A stretch of DNA of 64,000 nt, from assembly GCA_031423155.1 (NCBI GenBank), contig JANPEZ010000113.1, forward strand, positions 814 through 64,813. The letters run 5' to 3'. Below are positions 48,464 through 57,748 of the stretch, piece after piece. Source of the stretch: Actinomycetes bacterium. GTDB taxonomy: Bacteria; Actinomycetota; UBA4738; HRBIN12. Positions within the stretch are counted from its first letter, which is position 1. Every line of letters begins with the position of its first letter. The notes under the pieces were generated by a model that made no database searches, was not told where the DNA came from, and saw only the letters and a program-made list of their open reading frames with translations. Both the position numbers and the translations under genes were made by a program.

Positions 48464-49309
48464 GTGAGCATCCAGAACGCCACCGGCCGCCTGCGCAGCG
48501 TTCACGTCCGTCCGCCCGTGGAGTCAGATCTGTCGAACTGGGCCGCGTACTCGTGGCGGCGCGCGCCGGATCCGGGGCGCGCGGCCGACGAGCACTCCGC
48601 CTTCAGGGAGGAACTCGCTGCCGAAGGGGCCAGCGTGCTCCTCGGCGCAACTGCGGTGTCCGCCGACCCTGACGCCATGTACGCCTACGACCCAACCCTT
48701 CCCACCGACGAGGGACTGATCCTCCTGCGTCCGGGCAAGGAGGGCCGACGCTCGGAACCAGCGGCGCTCGCAACCGACCTTGAGGCCGCCGGCTGCACGG
48801 TCCTCGGCCGGCTGGAGGAGCCGGCCACGGCCGAGGGCGGCGACATGTTCTTCCTCGATGACCGGACATTGCTCGTGGGCCGTGGCTACAGGACCAACGA
48901 CGCGGGTATCGCGCAGATCGCCGCCCTGCTACCCGGTGTCGATGTGCTCGCATTCGACCTGCCTCATCTCCGCGGACCCGGCGAGTGCCTACATCTGATG
49001 TCTTTCATCTCGCCCCTGGATGTGGACCTGGCGGTCGTGTATCTGCCCATGATGCCGGTGCGCCTTGTGCAGATGCTCCGCGATCGGGGCATCGCGATGG
49101 TCGAGGTTCCGGACGAGGAGTTCGCATCCATGGGCCCGAACGTTCTTGCTCTCGGACCTCGCGTCGCGCTGGCGCTGGAGGGTAACCCCGAAACCCGGCG
49201 AAGGATGGAGGCCGCAGGCGTCGACGTCCGGACCTACAAGGGGGAAGAGATCTCGCGGATAGGCGAGGGCGGACCCACGTGCCTCACACGGCCGCTCGAG
49301 CGCGACTGA
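48464..49309 (+). CDS. Amidinotransferase superfamily protein (dimethylargininase/arginine deiminase-like)
   Basis: YAYD, EGGD, GRGYRTN, LHLMS and C-terminal GGPTCLTRPL (catalytic Cys). Confidence 0.9.
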   Translation: MSIQNATGRLRSVHVRPPVESDLSNWAAYSWRRAPDPGRAADEHSAFREELAAEGASVLLGATAVSADPDAMYAYDPTLPTDEGLILLRPGKEGRRSEPAALATDLEAAGCTVLGRLEEPATAEGGDMFFLDDRTLLVGRGYRTNDAGIAQIAALLPGVDVLAFDLPHLRGPGECLHLMSFISPLDVDLAVVYLPMMPVRLVQMLRDRGIAMVEVPDEEFASMGPNVLALGPRVALALEGNPETRRRMEAAGVDVRTYKGEEISRIGEGGPTCLTRPLERD

Positions 49310-49328
49310 CGCGGTATCGTTTGCGGCC

Positions 49329-49799
49329 ATGCGATTCCAGCTCTGGCTGAGCGTCCACATGCTCGGCGTATTCGGGTTCGTCGGGACCCACGGGGTCTCG
49401 ATGTTCGTCCTCTGGCAAGTGCGCAAGGAGAGGGACCGGGCCAAGCTGGCCGAGCTGATCAGCCTCTCAGGCCAGACGGCCCTGCCGATGTACGTATCGC
49501 TCGCTGTGCTGCTCGTCGGCGGCATCGGCGCCGGTACGACGTTCGGACTCTTCACCGACTGGTGGATGACGACAGCCCTGCTCATCTTGATCGTGGAGAT
49601 CGGACTTATGTCGGCGATAGCCAAGCCCTATTTCAGAAGGATCACCGAAGCGACGGCGTTGCGCCCCTCGGGCGTTCCCCGCGTCTCCGATGAGGAACTG
49701 GAGAGCCTGCTCACCTCCGGCGAGCCGATGATCATCACGTTGACGGGCGCAGCGGGCCTGTTGATCATCCTCTGGCTGATGATCTTCAAGCCCTTCTAG
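49329..49799 (+). CDS. DUF2269-like four-TM membrane protein
   Basis: LSVHMLG..GF, four hydrophobic helices and C-terminal LMIFKPF. Confidence 0.7.
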   Translation: MRFQLWLSVHMLGVFGFVGTHGVSMFVLWQVRKERDRAKLAELISLSGQTALPMYVSLAVLLVGGIGAGTTFGLFTDWWMTTALLILIVEIGLMSAIAKPYFRRITEATALRPSGVPRVSDEELESLLTSGEPMIITLTGAAGLLIILWLMIFKPF

Positions 49800-50797
49800 G
49801 CGGGAGGAAGTGGCCTGGTTGCCGGGCCGTTGACGACCTCTCCGGTGGGTGTATATCGCGAACCATGGCAGGGGCAGTCCCACGCGCTCTCGGCCTCGTT
49901 CCACCCGACGGTGCATCCCATGTGGGTGCACTTGGCCGACATCACGTGAAGCCCTCCGCCATCGTCCATGAATGCGGCGAGCTTCTCCCCTTGCTGGACG
50001 ATGATCCCCCCCTGGCCGGGCCGCAGCTCTGAAACCGCCTGGGTGACCGTGCGGCAGATCAGCACGTCGCCGGTCGCGTACTCGCTGACCTTGGCGGGGA
50101 CGGAACCGAGCAGGAAGCGCTTGGCTCCGGTCATCCCCTTGTTGCCGACGATGATCAGATCGGCCCCGCACCCCTCGGCCGATTCCAGGATCTGCTCGGC
50201 GGGATCGCCCTCGAGTATCGAGACATCGGTAGGTGTGTCACCGGCGTAGACCGCGATCGTGTCCGCAGTGATGAGCTCTCCGGTCTTGGGATGGCCAACG
50301 AAGACCAGCGTCACCGACGCGCCGAGTGACTCGGCCAGATCGAAGCCCTTTCGCGCGGCCCTGTCGGCCGTTGGAGACCCGTCCGTAGCGATCACGACCT
50401 TGCCGTAGACGGATCCGCCCCGCTCCTTCGGACCCGAGACGATCAGGATGTCGCAAGGTGCGTGGTGGGAGAGCTTGTGGGCAACCTGACCAAGCAGGAA
50501 CTCGTGACCACGCCCTCCCGAGATGACCAGGAGTCCCGCATCCTTCTCCTCGGCCAGATCGGCGAGTGCCTCCGCGGCTATGCCTTCACGCAGCTCCACG
50601 GAGAGCTTCTTGACGCCCGCTTCCTCGGCCGGAGCCACGGCCGTTCGAAGGATCTCCTCGGCGCCGGAGCGCTGCTCGAAGACATGCGCGACGATCAGTT
50701 CGGCTCTGCCGGCCTTGGCGAGAGCGATGGCCACTGCCCCCGCATGAGCCGAAGCCTCAGAGCCATCGGTACCGAGCAGGATCCGTTTATAGGCCAT
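49796..50797 (-). CDS. Tandem universal stress protein fused to a C-terminal Rieske [2Fe-2S] domain
   Basis: [11 protein letters not shown] and [14 protein letters not shown] starts; [15 protein letters not shown]; Rieske boxes CTHMGC and [10 protein letters not shown]. Confidence 0.9.
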   Translation of the reverse strand: MAYKRILLGTDGSEASAHAGAVAIALAKAGRAELIVAHVFEQRSGAEEILRTAVAPAEEAGVKKLSVELREGIAAEALADLAEEKDAGLLVISGGRGHEFLLGQVAHKLSHHAPCDILIVSGPKERGGSVYGKVVIATDGSPTADRAARKGFDLAESLGASVTLVFVGHPKTGELITADTIAVYAGDTPTDVSILEGDPAEQILESAEGCGADLIIVGNKGMTGAKRFLLGSVPAKVSEYATGDVLICRTVTQAVSELRPGQGGIIVQQGEKLAAFMDDGGGLHVMSAKCTHMGCTVGWNEAESAWDCPCHGSRYTPTGEVVNGPATRPLPPA

Positions 50798-50871
50798 CTT
50801 CTAAGTACCTCCGGGGTCGGCCGAACGCTAGCAGAAGGTCCGTCGAGGAAGCCATCGGTACCATGGGTTGC

Positions 50872-51972
50872 ATGATGACCCGCGCCTTCAACTTCTCGGC
50901 AGGTCCAGCGGTCCTTCCCGAAAGGGTCCTACTCGAGGCTCAGGCCACCTTGCTGGCGCTGCCGGCCTCGGGGTTCTCGCCGCTGGAGATGTCTCACAGA
51001 TCCCCCTGGTTCGAGGAAGTCATCGCGGAAGCCGAGGCCAACCTTCGGGGTCTGCTGACGATCCCGGCGAACTACAGGGTGCTCTTCCTACAGGGTGGGG
51101 CGAGCCTTCAGTTCTCCATGGTTCCTATGAACCTGCTGCGGGGCAGCGGCTCTCGAGCCGAGTACGTCGTCACGGGTTCGTGGGGCACCAGGGCGGTGAA
51201 GGAGGCGGCCATCGAGGGAGAGGTCGTAACGATCTGGACCGGGGAGGCATCCGGCTTCGACCGGACGCCGAGCCCTTCCGAGCTTTCCCCTTCTGGGGAC
51301 GCGGCCTACCTGCACTTCACTTCCAACGAAACCATCCAGGGCGTGGAGTTCCCGCCATCGGTTCAACCGGAGCCGGACGGCCAGGTGCCCCTGGTGTGCG
51401 ACGCGTCCTCGGATCTGCTATCGCGGCCCGTAGAGATCGGGCGCTACGGGTTGGTCTACGCGGGCGCGCAGAAGAACGCGGGTTCGGCAGGACTGACCAT
51501 CGTCATCATCCGAGAAGACCTGCTCGAGCGCGCTCCCGATGACCTGCCCACCATGCTCGCCTACCGCACGCACGCCGATGCCGGTTCGCTGTACAACACT
51601 CCGCCGGTCTTCTCGGTCTACATCCTTATGCTCGTGACACGCTGGCTCCGCGACGACATCGGCGGCCTGGAGAAGATGGCGGCGCTCAACGAGGAGTAGG
51701 ATGCACTGGTCTACCAGCAGATCGACGGATCGGCCGGCTACTACCGAGGTCACGCCGAGCCGGACTCACGCAGTCGCATGAACGTCACGTGGCGACTGCA
51801 GAACGAGGAGCTGGAACGCCGGTTCATCTCCGAGGCCGCCGAAGCCGGGCTCATCGAGCTGAAGGGCCACCGTTCGGTCGGCGGCATCCGCGCCTCGATC
51901 TACAACGCCATGCCGCGCGAAGGCGTCGAGGCCTTGGCCGAGTTCATGAGCGACTTCGCATCCAAGAGCTAG
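50872..51972 (+). pseudogene. serC: Phosphoserine aminotransferase interrupted by an in-frame TAG at 51697-51699
   Basis: FNFSAGPAVLP, LQGGASLQF, SNETIQG, YAGAQKNAG and YNTPP. After the TAG the same frame continues DALVYQQID...SRMNV...LKGHRSVGGIRASIYNAMP. Confidence 0.85.
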
Positions 51973-51990
51973 AACCCAGGCAGGGACCCC

Positions 51991-53010
51991 TCAGGGGCGC
52001 GCATCAGGTCCCGCCTCCCTCTTGGCAGCTCCCGAGAGCGAGGAGGCCGGCCCGACGCGAGCGGTGGAGACGGCCGCTTGGGCATCCTCGATCATGTAGA
52101 TGTTCGCGTGGAACCGTGAGGTACACGAAGCCCGCGCCAAGATGACGTCATCGGCATCCACGCCGTCGCCGGCGACGCCCAGCCTTCCGCTCAGATCGAA
52201 ACCGGGGTCCAAGGTGACGACCGAGACCGGGTCGCCGCCGAGCGCGGGGTTCCACCGCATGATGTGGACGTCCTCGCCGCACGCGGGGCCGCTGCTCGCG
52301 TAGTAGATGTTCCCCGTCGTCGAGGACACGGCCGCGTAGTACTGCTCTCTGCCCGGATTCGGGACCTTCGCTTTCGTCTCGGCAGCGATGTCGTAATACC
52401 AGACGTTGCATCCGGTCCCGACGCACTTGGTCCACGTCGCGTAGTCCTCGGTGAGCTCCTCCGGGTAGATGCAGGAACACCGATTCCTCGCCCAGTCCAG
52501 AAGGACGGTCGTCTTGGCCACGCGATCGAAGAGCAGAACCTTCCACAGCGAGTCGTTGCCCCGGAAGTTGTTACGCCCGAAGAGCAGGTGGGTGGAAGAT
52601 GCGCTGGGGGCCCATTCCCAGAGGGTCGTGTTGACCGCTCGCGGGGCTATCGAGGAGGCCCCGGTCGCCATGTCGAACATCCCTATCCAGGATCCGCCGC
52701 CGGAGATCTCCTGGTAGACCGTCTCGGTCGTGTTTCCGTTGATGCCGCCCGGAAATCCCAGCGAACCTTTCGAGTTCATCTTGATGCGGGTTCCGCCTGC
52801 GAGCGGCTGAGACCAGGCGTTGTACCGCCGGTGATCTCGTGCAAGAGGCTCGGACCAGGTCAGATAGGTGGTATTCGCGTCGGCGAGCGTCTGGTCGAGC
52901 GGTCCCGTCTTCAGGGGCACCAGAGCTGATCCGGCCGTCGACGGGGTGATCGATACCACCAGGAACGTGACGGAGATGATCGCCGAGCCGATCGCGCGCA
53001 ACGGATGCAT
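51991..53010 (-). CDS. Secreted protein, probably beta-propeller-like, function unknown
   Basis: Signal peptide MHPLRAIG...TAG; Trp- and Cys-rich beta repeats; SD GGGAGG before ATG 53010. Confidence 0.65.
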   Translation of the reverse strand: MHPLRAIGSAIISVTFLVVSITPSTAGSALVPLKTGPLDQTLADANTTYLTWSEPLARDHRRYNAWSQPLAGGTRIKMNSKGSLGFPGGINGNTTETVYQEISGGGSWIGMFDMATGASSIAPRAVNTTLWEWAPSASSTHLLFGRNNFRGNDSLWKVLLFDRVAKTTVLLDWARNRCSCIYPEELTEDYATWTKCVGTGCNVWYYDIAAETKAKVPNPGREQYYAAVSSTTGNIYYASSGPACGEDVHIMRWNPALGGDPVSVVTLDPGFDLSGRLGVAGDGVDADDVILARASCTSRFHANIYMIEDAQAAVSTARVGPASSLSGAAKREAGPDARP

Positions 53011-53079
53011 GAGTGCCTCCCTGAAGAGTCGGATCGGCGCATCCTCGCACGAGGTGTCTGTCGAAGACAACCCCTCTCG

Positions 53080-54438
53080 TTAGGCCCCCACCAGCTCGTC
53101 GGCCGCCTCGGCGTAGACCTGCGTGTGACGATCCACGTCCTCGGTCGTCGTCGCCGGAGACATCAAGGCCATGTTGTGGAACGGCGTCAGGAGCACCCCG
53201 CGGTTCAACATGTAGAGGTGGATCAGAGCATCGAGCTCCTCGTCCTGTCCGGCCGCCGCCTCCACGCCGTCGTGAGCGGGATTCGGGCGGAAGAGGTACT
53301 CGGCCCGGCACCCCAGTCTGATGATGTGCCAAGGTAGCTCGTGAGAGGCGATGACTCCCTCGACACCTTCGGTGAAACGCACGGCCAGCTGCTCCATACG
53401 TTCGAACGCGGCATCGGTCAGTACCTCGCCGAGGGTCACGCGCATGGCGGCGATGGAGAGAGCATTGCCCGCAAGCGTTCCTCCGACCCCGCCGACATCG
53501 GCCTCGTGCCAGAAGGTTGCCGCGATCACTCGATCGGCGATCTCCTCGGTCATGCCGTAGGCAGCCGAGGGAACGCCCGATCCGAGGGTCTTGCCGATCG
53601 TGAGGAAGTCCGGCTTGAGCCCGTACCTGGCCGTGTAGCCGCCCGGACCGGCGCAGATCGTGTGAGTCTCGTCGATGATGAGCAGCACGTCGTACTTCGT
53701 GCACAGCTGCCTGATCCCCTCGTGGTAACCCTCGTCCGGCAGCACGATGCCGATGTTCGTAAGGGCCGGCTCGAACAAGCAGCAGGCAACGTCGCCCTCG
53801 GCGAACGCGCGTTCCAGCGCGCCGAGGTCGTTGAACGGCACCACCCTGGTGGTCAGGTCGACATCGAAGGCGGGGCCGATGCTGCCGTGGCGACTCACCG
53901 TCCGCCCGTTCTCATCGAGCGTGGCGAAGGTCTCGTCCACGCTTCCGTGGTAGTTCCAATCGTGGACGACGACCTTGCTGCGTCCTGTGATCTGGCGGGC
54001 GGTACGAAGAACGAAACGGTTCGCGTCGGTCGCCGTCAGACAGAACTGCCAGAAGCGGAGCCCGAACCGCCTCCGCATCTCGTCACCGACCCAGATCGCG
54101 TCCTGCGTGGGCAGCATCGTCGTGATGCCGCGGCCGGACTGTTCGGCTATCGCGTCGACGGCCACCTTCGGGGAGTGGCCGGCCATGGCTCCGGTATCGC
54201 CCAGGCAGAGGTCAACATAGGAGTTGCCATCCACGTCCGTGAAGCGGGCACCTTCGGCGACATCGACGAAGACGGGGTGGTCTCCCGGCCATCTGGTCAT
54301 CCAGTTCATCGGCACGCCGTACAGAAGGGAGCCCTGTGCCTGGGCGAACAGCTCTCTGGACCTGGGGTGTAGCTCGCGGAAACTCTCCCGCTCGCGCTCC
54401 ATCAAGGATGCGATCCGGGATCTGTCGATGGTCTTCAA
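53080..54438 (-). CDS. Class III PLP aminotransferase (GSA-aminomutase-like family)
   Basis: DVDGNSYVDLCLGD, TATDANRF, YHG, EPALTN, LIIDETHT and DFLTIGKTLG. Confidence 0.9.
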   Translation of the reverse strand: MKTIDRSRIASLMERERESFRELHPRSRELFAQAQGSLLYGVPMNWMTRWPGDHPVFVDVAEGARFTDVDGNSYVDLCLGDTGAMAGHSPKVAVDAIAEQSGRGITTMLPTQDAIWVGDEMRRRFGLRFWQFCLTATDANRFVLRTARQITGRSKVVVHDWNYHGSVDETFATLDENGRTVSRHGSIGPAFDVDLTTRVVPFNDLGALERAFAEGDVACCLFEPALTNIGIVLPDEGYHEGIRQLCTKYDVLLIIDETHTICAGPGGYTARYGLKPDFLTIGKTLGSGVPSAAYGMTEEIADRVIAATFWHEADVGGVGGTLAGNALSIAAMRVTLGEVLTDAAFERMEQLAVRFTEGVEGVIASHELPWHIIRLGCRAEYLFRPNPAHDGVEAAAGQDEELDALIHLYMLNRGVLLTPFHNMALMSPATTTEDVDRHTQVYAEAADELVGA

Positions 54439-54591
54439 GAGAGCCTCCTGCTGGGTCCGAGAGCGGCCGACAGTCTACAGACAGGCCCCCTTAGGCCGGC
54501 AAAGCTCCCCAGGGGCTGATCCCGGCCGACTTGTGTCGGCGACGCCGAGCGGTGTAAACCCATACCCACTTCGAACCGAGAGGGAACCCTG

Positions 54592-55092
54592 ATGCTGGTG
54601 GCCGGCGCGAGAACCGTCATGCTCGTGCTGTGCCTGGTCGTGGCCGGGTGCGCCCGTACATCGGGACAGGGCGCCGACCCTTTGGCGGATGCCTCGACGG
54701 CTTCCTCCGCCCCTCTTCCCGATCCGGTGGGTCCGACCGACTGCGCCCCCGTATCGGAGAATCGGCCCCTGGGAAGTGGAACCGAGATCCATGCCGCGGA
54801 GGGACCCGACTCCCATGTGTGGGCCCTGGTCCCCGGCACGCTGCCATTGTCGGCCGGTTCTGCGGTGAGGATCCTTTGGAGCATCAACGGAGGAACGCGA
54901 CTGCGCTTGACGGCAGTGGGTCCCGACGGGTCGCTCCTCGAACCAGACGAAAGCTACTTCGATGCCGGGGTCCTGTGGGACAGGCCTGGATCGACATGGG
55001 CGAGCGTCTTCACCTTCCCTGAAGCGGGTTGCTGGAGGATCATCGCCGAGCGCGGGGGCAAACACGGCGACGTCTGGCTGCTGGTGGCCTGA
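54592..55092 (+). CDS. Lipoprotein (DUF4871-like)
   Basis: Lipobox VAG|C and C-terminal S.FTFPEAGCWRI. Confidence 0.65.
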   Translation: MLVAGARTVMLVLCLVVAGCARTSGQGADPLADASTASSAPLPDPVGPTDCAPVSENRPLGSGTEIHAAEGPDSHVWALVPGTLPLSAGSAVRILWSINGGTRLRLTAVGPDGSLLEPDESYFDAGVLWDRPGSTWASVFTFPEAGCWRIIAERGGKHGDVWLLVA

Positions 55093-55094
55093 GC

Positions 55095-56081
55095 CTAGGC
55101 CGGAGCACCGTGGCAGGACTTGACCCCTGAATCTTCGAAGGTTGCGTCGAGGGCAGGCACGAACCGCCACACGTACGAGGTCGGTCGCAGCGACATCCGA
55201 AGTACCCCGAAGGCCGAATCGTTGTGACTAGCGCTGTGCGGCTCGGCTCTATCGATCTCGTAGTGCATCGCACCCCCGGTACCGACGACGAACTCCTGTA
55301 TGCCCATCGCCGGATCAAGCGAGCCGTCCGGCCTCTGGCGAAGGAACCTCTCATAGGAATGGTCGTGCCCGTTCAGGACGACATCGGCTCCATGCCTATA
55401 TAGGAGCCGCCAGAACGGCAGAACGGAGTTGTCGTCGCCATGAGGGCCGGAGCTGAATCGCGGATGGTGCCAGTAGGCCAGGGTGCACTCGGCCGAGCTG
55501 GCCTTGAGATCGGCCTTGAGCCACTCGCGCTGCGCCGATCCCACCCTGCACCCCACGCGGTAGCAGTTGGAGTTCAAAGCGATCAGATGCCAGGCACCGA
55601 GATCGTAGCTGTACCAGCCTTCCCCGGCGCTACCAGCCGCTGACCCGAAGTAGGTGAAGTACCCCGCGGCCCGCGATGAGGACTCGTACTCGTGGTTTCC
55701 GGGAACTGGTCGGGTCAGGTCCAGCAGGGTCCCCCAACTGAGGGCGTAGGAATGTCGGAACTTCCAGAGGGTCCCGTTGCTGTATTGCTCGTCGCCGAGG
55801 GGAAGCACGGCCGTCGGGTCGATGGACTCGATAACCTCCAGGGTTGCGGCGGCCCGGCAGTAGCTACCGGACCCCAGCCCTTCTCGGAACAAGGGCGACC
55901 TGGGGTCGCAGGCGATGTCGCCGGCGGCGGCGATGACCGGTGGGCCAGAGGCGGGAACCGCGCTCGTGTCCGCCGCAAGCACCTGTGGACCGCCGGAGGC
56001 GAGCAAGACTAGACAGGCGACGGGAGCCAGGATGCGTGCGAAGCGCCTCAACCGGCGAGCGCGATCAGGAGGATAGGTCAA
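55095..56081 (-). CDS. Secreted calcineurin-like metallophosphoesterase (acid phosphatase type)
   Basis: AAGDIA, LGDEQY, PGNHEY, YWHHP and NGHDHSYER. Confidence 0.9.
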   Translation of the reverse strand: MTYPPDRARRLRRFARILAPVACLVLLASGGPQVLAADTSAVPASGPPVIAAAGDIACDPRSPLFREGLGSGSYCRAAATLEVIESIDPTAVLPLGDEQYSNGTLWKFRHSYALSWGTLLDLTRPVPGNHEYESSSRAAGYFTYFGSAAGSAGEGWYSYDLGAWHLIALNSNCYRVGCRVGSAQREWLKADLKASSAECTLAYWHHPRFSSGPHGDDNSVLPFWRLLYRHGADVVLNGHDHSYERFLRQRPDGSLDPAMGIQEFVVGTGGAMHYEIDRAEPHSASHNDSAFGVLRMSLRPTSYVWRFVPALDATFEDSGVKSCHGAPA

Positions 56082-56097
56082 GACCCAAGACTAGCGC

Positions 56098-57609
56098 TCA
56101 GCTGGGATCCGCCGTTCGATACAGACTCAGTATGCGCTCGAAAGCCGGATCTGCAGGCACCGGACCGAACCCTCCCTCAGCTACTGCATCTACGAGCCCA
56201 CCTATCGACCCCGGATCGGCGGCCGAGAGCAGGAAGGAGGAGGGCTCGAAGGCGCTCGAAGCCACAGCCGGAGAAGTCAGCAGTGCCGACCCCATGCCCG
56301 GCTCGTCCGGATCGGGATCGGGCAGAACCAGCAGCGCGCTCACCGCGCTGCGCTCTCCCGCAGAGTCCCCAGGCTTGTTGACCAGACAGCCCGACCCCAC
56401 GATCGTGATACAGGGACCGAAATCAGCTGCGGGTCCGGGGGGATCTACCCACATCACCGTTCCGCCGCCACCATCGAGGTTGATCGCGTAGTAGGCGCCC
56501 TGCTTGATGAACTCGGCAGCGAAAGCCTTCAGCGTCATCCCACTTGACCAGGTGGAAGCGCGCCTCCCGTCGACCGTCATGATGATGACCTTGCAGACAC
56601 CGGAGTGATCGGGCACGCATCCCTCAGTGATCCCGACGCCGGTCCGCGGGTTGTTCTTGTAGAAGTAGCTCGCGCCCGCGGTGGAAGGCGGACCGACGTT
56701 GATCCCAGCGTCCACCAGGAGAGGCTGTCCTCCGATGACATCGACCACTCCGGGCCAACCCGTCGCCTTCCAGGTGATGGTGACCTTGTCGCCGGGCTCG
56801 AGGGCCTTCACGAGCGCTGAGGCCGCCGAGCTGGCCTTGCGGGCCGTGAGGATGACCTTGCCGTTCGGCCCGAAGGTCGGCGCCGAGGTTGGGCACGGCG
56901 AGTCCTGATGGTCGACGGTGTACGTCCTGCTTACAGCGGCCTTCCCGACGGAACTCCACTTAGGCGCGGTGGGATCCCTGAGCACTGCAGAACAGACGCT
57001 GTCGGGCGCCTTGTAGGCGTTGTTCCCCACCGGCGTGAAGGCCGCGATCTCCCCACCCGAAGGGTCACCGGCGTTCCAGCGGTCGACCTTGAAACTATTG
57101 ACTAGGATGCCGGCTCGCTTCGTCGTCGTGTTTACGACCTCATCCGGACGGCGTGCATACGCGTTGACCTCGTCCTTAGCGAGGGCGAACCCGGTTCCTT
57201 CCATGATGCCGGTGGTGCGAAGGTCGGCGTCGATCGCGTTGAAGTGGGCGGGACCGCCGTCCTGGTTGTAGTCCCCGTTGACGGCCACGACGGCGCCCGC
57301 ATCCTGGCCGATCTGGCTCGGCTTCTTGTAGGAACCGAAGTTGGCCGAGGGCGTCCCCACCTCTACGGTTGCCGGGTTCGGCGCCGGAGTGATGGTCACC
57401 ACCCGCAGCTCGTTCGGCGTGGAATAATGGATCGAGAGCAGCTCTACCCCGGGGGCGAGCGTGTACGGACCCCGCTTGACGACCATCGGCGTGACCGCCC
57501 GCACCGAAACCGGGGCGAGCGAGGCAAAAACCAAGGCGCCCAGGGTCGCAGCGCAAGAGGCGGTCTTGAAGATCCTCCGGCCACGCCGGGTGCTGGGGAG
57601 TCGGCTCAC
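56098..57609 (-). CDS. Secreted phosphodiester glycosidase (NAGPA/DUF2233) family protein
   Basis: AVNGDY, IGGQPLLV, NPRTGVG, TVDGR...S.GMTL and AINLDGGGGT. Confidence 0.88.
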   Translation of the reverse strand: MSRLPSTRRGRRIFKTASCAATLGALVFASLAPVSVRAVTPMVVKRGPYTLAPGVELLSIHYSTPNELRVVTITPAPNPATVEVGTPSANFGSYKKPSQIGQDAGAVVAVNGDYNQDGGPAHFNAIDADLRTTGIMEGTGFALAKDEVNAYARRPDEVVNTTTKRAGILVNSFKVDRWNAGDPSGGEIAAFTPVGNNAYKAPDSVCSAVLRDPTAPKWSSVGKAAVSRTYTVDHQDSPCPTSAPTFGPNGKVILTARKASSAASALVKALEPGDKVTITWKATGWPGVVDVIGGQPLLVDAGINVGPPSTAGASYFYKNNPRTGVGITEGCVPDHSGVCKVIIMTVDGRRASTWSSGMTLKAFAAEFIKQGAYYAINLDGGGGTVMWVDPPGPAADFGPCITIVGSGCLVNKPGDSAGERSAVSALLVLPDPDPDEPGMGSALLTSPAVASSAFEPSSFLLSAADPGSIGGLVDAVAEGGFGPVPADPAFERILSLYRTADPS

Positions 57610-57748
57610 GCGTTGGTTCCCTTCGGATGTCTGCGGATGCTTCTTGGAAGAGGGACGCAGAGTAGCGCGAAATGACTAGGCGAGGAACCCCGCCGAAAGT
57701 CCTAGGCCACTAGATGCTGGGGTCGGGCGACGAGGATCTCGAGCGCAC

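Noticed and set aside
51697-51699. Genome-wide TAG recoding (pyrrolysine or alternative code)
   Set aside because: Many genes here end at TAG exactly where the family ends (menD, the response regulator, the cyclase, gdh, serC itself), and no pyl genes are in the window.
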